Source: a virus
DNA: 64,000 bases
Reading direction: 5' to 3' (one strand)
Virus record (IMG/VR): IMGVR_UViG_3300010371_000030
Coordinates: 41,833 to 105,832 of that record
The notes beneath the pieces are model-generated. The model worked only from the letters and a program-made list of their open reading frames with translations. It had not been told where the DNA came from and ran no database searches. How positions within the stretch are numbered: position 1 is the stretch's first letter; each line of letters starts with the position of its first letter. Both the position numbers and the translations under genes were made by a program. Shown here piece by piece: positions 58,587-64,000 of the stretch.

Positions 58587-59099
58587 CTAGGGGTTGGGGT
58601 CCCAGCCCGCCTTCGCCTCCGCTTCCTCCACCTCCGCAGCCAGGGCGGCGCGGGCGTTGATCTCTTCCACCAGCGCGTCGAGGGCGGGCTTGGCTTTCGC
58701 GGGAACGTCGATGAGGACATAGCCAGGCATCGCGGGCTCCTCGGACGTCGCGGGCAGGATCTCCATCTTCGACACAGCTTCCATCATCCCGGTGTCCGTG
58801 TCATCCGCATCGCGCGCCGTCTGCTCCATGTTTTCCTGGAGATTCGCGGCCATCTCCGGGACGAGGGAAAGCAGCTCCGTCCAGCGCGCCCACACGGCGG
58901 GCAGCTTCCGCGTGAGGCCGAACTTCGCCACGCCGTTGAGGCTCCACCACAAATCGTGGGCGGACTGGTCCTGGAAGCGACGGGCAACGGGCCCGTCCGC
59001 CCGGCCATCGTAGAACGCGAGAATGATGGAGCCGTCCTTGTCCGTCGCGCTGCTGTACTCGCCGCGCCCGATCGTGGTCTTGGTGGTCGTCATTACCAT
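58587..59099 (-). CDS. Hypothetical early protein
   Basis: AGGAG RBS. Confidence 0.65.
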   Translation of the reverse strand: MVMTTTKTTIGRGEYSSATDKDGSIILAFYDGRADGPVARRFQDQSAHDLWWSLNGVAKFGLTRKLPAVWARWTELLSLVPEMAANLQENMEQTARDADDTDTGMMEAVSKMEILPATSEEPAMPGYVLIDVPAKAKPALDALVEEINARAALAAEVEEAEAKAGWDPNP

Positions 59100-59188
59100 C
59101 TCTCCTGTTAGAACCTTGGAACCTTCTGACGGCGCGTGCCAGCTCGCCCTTTCGGGCGGCCGGCTCGGAGGCTCGGGAGCGTCGTGTG

Positions 59189-59362
59189 TCAGGCGGGGAT
59201 GTCGACGTCAGCCATCTCATCGGAGAGCTCACGAGCCCAGGCGGCGAGGATGGCGGCATCGATGGGGCCGATCCAGCCATCGCTACGGCGGCGGCTGGCC
59301 TCCTCACGAAGGGCGCGGAGGGCATTGAGGTCGTCGCAAACGATGTCGATGTGGCGGGCCAT
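59189..59362 (-). CDS. Small hypothetical early protein
   Basis: AAAGGA RBS downstream of a promoter repeat. Confidence 0.55.
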   Translation of the reverse strand: MARHIDIVCDDLNALRALREEASRRRSDGWIGPIDAAILAAWARELSDEMADVDIPA

Positions 59363-59396
59363 CGGGGCGTCCTTTCCGGCGCTCTCTTGCGCCGTC

Positions 59397-59491
59397 GAGG
59401 GAGAACCTAACCTGTACCTGGATCCATAGCTACCAAAAAGCGACCCATCCCCAAAAAAGTTCAGAAGACACAGAATCGATGGACGGCATGT
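59397..59491 (-). promoter_or_regulatory. Early promoter repeat
   Basis: T-tracts, TAGCTA-N17-TAGGTT; near-identical to 63510-63605. Confidence 0.85.
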
Positions 59492-59662
59492 ATGTGCGGA
59501 ACGGAGTGCCACCGTCCTGGTGGCATGCGGCCTGTGATGGGCCCGACGTATGGCCGAGGGCTCGGGAGCGTCAGGGCGGTGGCAAGCCGGCAGGCAGCCA
59601 CGCCGTCCGAGCCTCCGTGGGTCGGAGGCTTAGCGCCGCCTCGGAGCGGAGGCGAGCGCCCG

Positions 59663-59702
59663 AAAAGCACAACGCCCCGCTCCCTCGTGGGGGAGCGGGG
59701 CG
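59663..59702 (-). terminator. Intrinsic terminator after the histone-like gene
   Basis: CGCCCCGCTCCC/GGGAGCGGGGCG stem followed by TTGTGCTTTT. Confidence 0.8.
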
Positions 59703-59727
59703 CCGATGGGCCTGGACGAATCCGAGG

Positions 59728-61029
59728 CTACTTCGCCGCCGCGACGGCGGGCTTGGCCGCGGGCTTCGCGGCCACGGCCGGCTTGGCGGCCGGGGTGGCG
59801 GGCTTCGCCGCCGCCGCCGCGCCGGTGGCCTTCGGGGCGGGCGTCGCCGCCGCCGCGGGCTTCGCCGCCGCGACGGCCGGCTTGGCGGCCGGGGTGGCGG
59901 GCTTCGCGGCCACGGCCGGCTTCGCCGCCGCCGCGGGCTTCGCGGCGGGCGTCGCCTTCGGAGCGGCGGCCGGTGCCGCCGCCTCGGCTGCCGCCTTCTT
60001 GGCGGCGCGTGCCGCGTTCGCCGCCGCCAGGTTGGCGGAGCGGTCCACGGGCGGCTTGGCCGCCTTGGCCGCCGCCTTGGCTGCGGCGTCCGACTTGGCC
60101 ATGCCCTCCAGGTGCTCCTTGCCGCGCGTCAGCTCCGCGATGGCCTTGGTCACGGCGTCCGAGCCGAAGCCCTCCATGATCGGCGCGTACTCCGTGAGCT
60201 TGCCGATGACGCCATCGATGGTCCGCTGCGCGTTGACGCGCTTGAGCCAGGGGAACGCCTCCGCGCCCTTCTTGGCGGCGGGCGTCGCCTTCGCGGCCGG
60301 GGCGGGCGTCGCCTCGGGCTCCGCGGCGGTCTCCTCGCCCTCGGTGGCCTCCGCGGTCTCCTCGGCCGGCTCCTCGCCCTCGGCCGCCGCCTCGCCCTCG
60401 GTCGCCTCGGGCTCCGCCTCGGCCGTCTCCTCGGCCGCCTCGGTGGCCTCCGCGGTCTCCTCGCCCTCGGTCGCCTCGGGCTCCGCCTCGGCCGTCTCCT
60501 CGGCCGCCTCGGGCTCCGCGACGGTCTCCTCGGGCTCCGGCTCGGGCGCCGGGGCGGGCTTCGGCGCCACCGCCTTCTTGGCGGCCGGAGCGGCGGCGGC
60601 CGGCTTGGCCGGCGCTGCGGCTGCGGGCTTCGCCGCCGCGGGCTTCGCGGCGGGGGTGGCGGTGGTCTTGGCGGCGGCGACGGGCCTCTTGGTGTCGGTC
60701 ATGGTCGTGTTCTCCTTGGTCTCGGTCGAAACGCTGGCGGCCGGCTTGGCCGTGGTGGTCTTCTTGGTGGCGGGGGTGGTGCTCTTGCGCGCCTCCGCCT
60801 TGTGGGCGATGGTGGCCTCCGCCCTCGCCTTGAACGTCTTGCCCTCCGGCCCCATCGAGCCGAGGAAGGCGAGCGCCTGCGCGGAGCCCGTGAGCCCGTA
60901 CGCCTCCGGCTTCGTGTCGCACACCGCCACTTCGTACAGGCGGTCCAGGATCGTCGTGTAGTCGGCCTGGTTGTTGTCGGTGAGCTTGGAGGGGAGGGGA
61001 GTGGACTTGGGCGCGGCGGCGGTGTTCAT
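59728..61029 (-). CDS. Histone H1/AlgP-like protein with KPAA repeats and an acidic central block
   Basis: Many AAKPAAA/AKPATPA repeats; EETAEAEPEATEGE repeats. Confidence 0.8.
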   Translation of the reverse strand: MNTAAAPKSTPLPSKLTDNNQADYTTILDRLYEVAVCDTKPEAYGLTGSAQALAFLGSMGPEGKTFKARAEATIAHKAEARKSTTPATKKTTTAKPAASVSTETKENTTMTDTKRPVAAAKTTATPAAKPAAAKPAAAAPAKPAAAAPAAKKAVAPKPAPAPEPEPEETVAEPEAAEETAEAEPEATEGEETAEATEAAEETAEAEPEATEGEAAAEGEEPAEETAEATEGEETAAEPEATPAPAAKATPAAKKGAEAFPWLKRVNAQRTIDGVIGKLTEYAPIMEGFGSDAVTKAIAELTRGKEHLEGMAKSDAAAKAAAKAAKPPVDRSANLAAANAARAAKKAAAEAAAPAAAPKATPAAKPAAAAKPAVAAKPATPAAKPAVAAAKPAAAATPAPKATGAAAAAKPATPAAKPAVAAKPAAKPAVAAAK

Positions 61030-61132
61030 GGGTTGGCTGATCTCCGTGGTATCTGTCGTTTTTGTCTACGGCGCTGAGCCCGTCCGCCCTGCGCCGTTCC
61101 CCCGCTCGGTCCGTCGATGGACCTGGGAGCGG

Positions 61133-61190
61133 AGTCTAAGGCTGTGTCTACAGAAAGGAAAGCGAAAAAGAGTCCATCGCCAAAAAAAGT
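61133..61190 (-). promoter_or_regulatory. Divergent copy of the early promoter upstream of the histone-like gene
   Basis: TTTTTTTGGCGATGGACTCTTTTT...TAGACT. Confidence 0.6.
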
Positions 61191-61201
61191 GATCTCGTGC
61201 T

Positions 61202-61654
61202 TTACTTCGTGGTGCGGAGCGCCAGGAGGCGACGCCCCTCCGCCCGGTCCAGGGGCATCCGGACGGTCTTGCGGATGCGGCGCGCGATGAGGCTGGTGTC
61301 CACGCCGCGGCGACGGAGCGCCCGGAACCACTCGCGGATGCCCTGGCTGCTCTTCCGGACGTTACAGTACATGCAGAGGGTGATGAGGTTGGCGTCGGAG
61401 TTGTCGCCACCGAGCTCAACAGCCAGGAGGTGGTCGACGGTAAGCTGAACGCCTTCCTCCGCACCCTTGCCACAGCAGACGCAGGCGAAACCGTTCCGGT
61501 GGTAGATGGAGAGACGCTTGGAAGGGCGGAGCCACTTCCCACCGGAAGCAGCCGGATGACGCTTGGCGCCGGACTTCTTGGCGGCCTTGCGCGCCTTCGC
61601 GGCCCACGAGGTGATCTTGTTCGTCTTCCGGCCCTGCTTCGTCGCGTCGCTCAT
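61202..61654 (-). CDS. HNH endonuclease, probably leaderless
   Basis: RNGFACVCCG, LTVDH, GGDNSDANLITLCMYCN. Confidence 0.9.
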   Translation of the reverse strand: MSDATKQGRKTNKITSWAAKARKAAKKSGAKRHPAASGGKWLRPSKRLSIYHRNGFACVCCGKGAEEGVQLTVDHLLAVELGGDNSDANLITLCMYCNVRKSSQGIREWFRALRRRGVDTSLIARRIRKTVRMPLDRAEGRRLLALRTTK

Positions 61655-61725
61655 GAGAAGGAACCTAACCTGTCCCTGTCGACAGCGCTAGGAAAAAGTT
61701 GACCATCCCCAAAAAAAGTTCCAGA
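61655..61725 (-). promoter_or_regulatory. Early promoter repeat, leaderless
   Basis: TAGCGC-N17-TAGGTT-N7-ATG. Confidence 0.85.
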
Positions 61726-61743
61726 CGACATCTAATCGTGGAC

Positions 61744-61776
61744 AGAAAGAAGGCGCCCGGCCGGAGCGGGGCGCCT
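61744..61776 (-). terminator. Intrinsic terminator
   Basis: AGGCGCCC/GGGCGCCT stem followed by TCTTTCT. Confidence 0.7.
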
Positions 61777-61797
61777 CGTGGAACGCTCGGGCGGAGG

Positions 61798-62226
61798 CTA
61801 GCGCCGGGGCGTCTGGCGGCGCCAAGGTTTCCCCGGCGCCGCGCGCTTCCAGATGTCGTCACCCTCGTCATCGAACTGGACCGTGAGGATGTCGCCGTCG
61901 TATCTGATGGCGTAAACGTGGTCGCCCCTGCCCCTGCTCACGTAGTACGCGGACACGCGCATCGGCAGCTCATCGATGGCCTTCCGGGGCGCCTCTCTGC
62001 CGGCATCGTCCGAGGAAGGCGAACGCCCGCGGCTGGGGTTGGGCGTAGGCTCGGGCTCGCCCATCGCTGCGGCTTCGTCCCTCTTTCGCTTGGCGAAGCC
62101 AGCCAACTGTGCGGCCTGCAACCGGATGGTGTCCCAATCCTTCGCGCTTCGCTCGTGGTCGCCTTCCAGCCGCGCCGCCAGGACGTTGACGATCGCACGC
62201 GCGTTGGTCATGGATTTGCTCGACAT
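61798..62226 (-). CDS. Hypothetical early protein
   Basis: AAGGGAG RBS. Confidence 0.6.
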   Translation of the reverse strand: MSSKSMTNARAIVNVLAARLEGDHERSAKDWDTIRLQAAQLAGFAKRKRDEAAAMGEPEPTPNPSRGRSPSSDDAGREAPRKAIDELPMRVSAYYVSRGRGDHVYAIRYDGDILTVQFDDEGDDIWKRAAPGKPWRRQTPRR

Positions 62227-62302
62227 CTTCGTGCTCCCTTCTGGCGCCGCGTGCCGGCGAGCCGCTAGGGCTGGCCGGCCGGGCGCCTCCGCGAGGCGTG
62301 GG

Positions 62303-62575
62303 CTAGAGGCTGCTGACGAAGGCCTGGACCTCGCCTTTGGCGCGCGCCTTGGCGAGCGCGGCCTGCTGCTGGAGAGTGTTGGGGAAGCCGTGGTGGGCGA
62401 GCGCGGCGTCCACGCTCTTGTGGATGAAGTCGCCCTGCTCCGGCTTCCAATCATTGTATACGTCGCGACGGAAGCGAGCGTGTGCGGCGTAGAAACGCCC
62501 CCGGCACCAGATGTCGACGGCCATACCGTCATGGGTGATGGTCTGGACGAAGCGGTGGTTGGTGTTCTTAAACAT
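62303..62575 (-). CDS. Hypothetical early protein
   Basis: GGAGGG RBS. Confidence 0.65.
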   Translation of the reverse strand: MFKNTNHRFVQTITHDGMAVDIWCRGRFYAAHARFRRDVYNDWKPEQGDFIHKSVDAALAHHGFPNTLQQQAALAKARAKGEVQAFVSSL

Positions 62576-62592
62576 GGCTTTCCCTCCTGTTT

Positions 62593-62775
62593 TCAGTTGA
62601 CGCCGGTGTGCCACTCATCCGTAACGTCCACGCCGTATTGCTCCGAAGCGCTTTCGATACGCTCGATGAGCTGCGCCTTGGATCCCTTGCCCGAGACGTC
62701 AAACTCCAACGCGAGCTTGCGGAGCCGAGCGAGGCTGAGACCGTCGAGGTAGGCGCGGCGTTGTTCGTTGTTCAC
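62593..62775 (-). CDS. SAP-motif small DNA-binding protein, leaderless GTG start
   Basis: LSLARLRKLALEFDVSGKGSKAQLIERI resembles the SAP helix-loop-helix consensus. Confidence 0.65.
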   Translation of the reverse strand: MNNEQRRAYLDGLSLARLRKLALEFDVSGKGSKAQLIERIESASEQYGVDVTDEWHTGVN

Positions 62776-62845
62776 GAGGGAGAACATAACCTGTCCCTGT
62801 CTACAGGGCTAGGGGAAAGTTGACCAAGGACAAAAAAAGTCCAGA
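62776..62845 (-). promoter_or_regulatory. Early promoter repeat, leaderless
   Basis: TAGCCC-N17-TATGTT-N7-GTG. Confidence 0.85.
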
Positions 62846-62862
62846 GAGCCATCGGGCGATGG

Positions 62863-63156
62863 CTACTCGGTGAGCGCCGTACGCTCGCCCGTGGTGTTGT
62901 CGATGAGCTCGGGCTCCCAGAGGTGGGAAGCGGCGCCCGGGATGGCGATGCCCCCGCCACGCGTGTAGCGCGGGTGGTGGACGAGGGTGGTGAGCGGCTT
63001 CGCGGAGCGGTCCACATCCAGCCGAGCTGGAACGGCGCCACAGATGTCGCTGACGTAGTTGGCCACGATGTGCTCGGCCGTGTCCCGGTCGAAGTCTCCA
63101 AGGTTTACGTTGTCCGCGAAGACAGCGAAGAGACGGCCGGAGGGCCGGATGGTCAT
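62863..63156 (-). CDS. Hypothetical early protein
   Basis: Start MTIRPSG; tiles the cassette. Confidence 0.55.
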   Translation of the reverse strand: MTIRPSGRLFAVFADNVNLGDFDRDTAEHIVANYVSDICGAVPARLDVDRSAKPLTTLVHHPRYTRGGGIAIPGAASHLWEPELIDNTTGERTALTE

Positions 63157-63172
63157 AACGGGCACGGTAGCC

Positions 63173-63307
63173 TCACTTGGTCCAGGGGTTGGGCTTCTTG
63201 GGCGCCTTCGGGGCGGCCGGCTGCTGCCCGAGCGGGCGGATCCACGCGGTCGTGTTCGGCGCGTTCGCCTTGACGGGCTTCGGGTTGGGATTGGGCAGGA
63301 AGGCCAT
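63173..63307 (-). CDS. Small P/K-rich peptide
   Basis: GAGGA RBS. Confidence 0.5.
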   Translation of the reverse strand: MAFLPNPNPKPVKANAPNTTAWIRPLGQQPAAPKAPKKPNPWTK

Positions 63308-63314
63308 GTTTTCC

Positions 63315-63509
63315 TCAGCGCGCCGCGTAGGCGACCTGGTTGCCAACGAACGTCGTGGAGAGCGAGCCGGCCCGGAGAAGGGCCAGGACGCCCGCGCGCG
63401 CCACCTTGATGTTGATCTCCAGCTCGCAGGCCACAAAGTCGACCGTGGTGAGGCGGCGCTCGGAGGTGCGCTTGGAGATCAGCGTCGCGATGTCGTTCGT
63501 GTTGTTCAC
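63315..63509 (-). CDS. Small winged-helix-like protein, leaderless GTG start
   Basis: TTVDFVACELEINIKVARAGVLALLRAGSL. Confidence 0.55.
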   Translation of the reverse strand: MNNTNDIATLISKRTSERRLTTVDFVACELEINIKVARAGVLALLRAGSLSTTFVGNQVAYAAR

Positions 63510-63605
63510 GAGGGAGAACATAACCTGTCCATGGATCCAGCGCTAGGAAAAAGCGACCCATCCCCAAAAAAAGTTCAGAAGACACAGAATCGATGGACGG
63601 CATGT
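63510..63605 (-). promoter_or_regulatory. Early promoter repeat, leaderless
   Basis: TAGCGC-N17-TATGTT-N7-GTG; near-identical to 59397-59491. Confidence 0.85.
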
Positions 63606-63908
63606 CTGCGGGTGGAAGCGCTCGGGCTCGCCCGCGGCCGGCTCTCCTTATAGGCAGGCGACACACGCATCGACGCGGCGCGTCGTGAAAAAAGTTGCTA
63701 CTGTAGGCATCTTTCCGCTTTACTTCCTGCCACAGCAGAACATTTGGGCAGCATGCCATCGTCCTGCACACACCTCCACGCGTCCATGCATCGGCCCATC
63801 AGGCCTGACAAGCGTTGGCAGACGCAAGCCTGGGTCACGCGGCATGGCCATACGTGGGACGGCGCACCCGGGAGCGCTCGCCCTCGGCCGCACAGGTAGG
63901 ATAACGCG

Positions 63909-63963
63909 CCCCCGCCCCCCCCCCGTCCCCCCCCCCCTCCGCCCCCGTCCCACCCCCCCTCCC
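63909..63963. repeat. Poly-C-rich tract (G-runs on the minus strand)
   Basis: Several C-runs of 3 to about 11 nt in 55 bp. Confidence 0.8.
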
Positions 63964-64000
63964 GCTTCTGCCCCGCGTTGTGTTGCGCATCTTAAGCCCC

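Noticed and set aside
61202-61654. HNH as an intron-encoded or terminase-associated nuclease
   Set aside because: Free-standing with its own promoter, over 30 kb from terL, and no interrupted gene around it
62776-63521. Shared N-terminal peptide MFSLVNN in two ORFs
   Set aside because: The ATG lies inside the -10 hexamer of the promoter repeat; the downstream GTG is the likelier start
59397-63605. Promoter repeats as IS ends or att sites
   Set aside because: No transposase or integrase in the window; spacing matches -35/-10 promoters oriented with the genes
79-63653. Many long plus-strand ORFs (e.g. 6258..8744, 13061..15673, 59479..61077)
   Set aside because: Antisense shadows of high-GC minus-strand genes with no recognisable motifs; only 41850..42059 has its own expression signals
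1-64000. tRNA genes, DGR or retron
   Set aside because: No tRNA cloverleaf or reverse transcriptase motifs noticed by eye; tRNAscan-SE and HMM searches would be needed to exclude them

Overview
A 64-kb slice of a high-GC tailed phage with a contractile tail (myovirus). Nearly all genes are on the minus strand. About 1-30 kb is the virion module, read right to left: putative TerS, TerL, PBSX/XkdE-type portal, Mu gpF-like head protein, XkdF-like protease, scaffold, major capsid protein, head-tail joining proteins, sheath, tube, tail/hub chaperone with a -1 frameshift signal, tape measure, hub/gpD, spike, gp25-like wedge, baseplate J and a gpI-like gene running off the left edge. About 30-57 kb holds small accessory genes: dCMP deaminase, GH24-like lysozyme, cupin, SLOG/MoCo-carrier-like protein, MazG-like NTP pyrophosphatase, SLT-like protein, HTH/RHH regulators and myxobacterial-style lipoproteins. 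It also contains a 4 x 22-bp iteron-like array and a 1.1-kb low-GC non-coding island. About 57-64 kb looks like an early/host-takeover region of promoter-gene-terminator cassettes driven by a repeated promoter that often yields leaderless mRNAs; it encodes a histone-H1-like protein, a SAP-motif protein and an HNH protein. No integrase, polymerase, tRNA or CRISPR array was recognised. The host is inferred, not proven, to be a myxobacterium. All protein calls come from motif recognition and synteny by eye, not from database searches.
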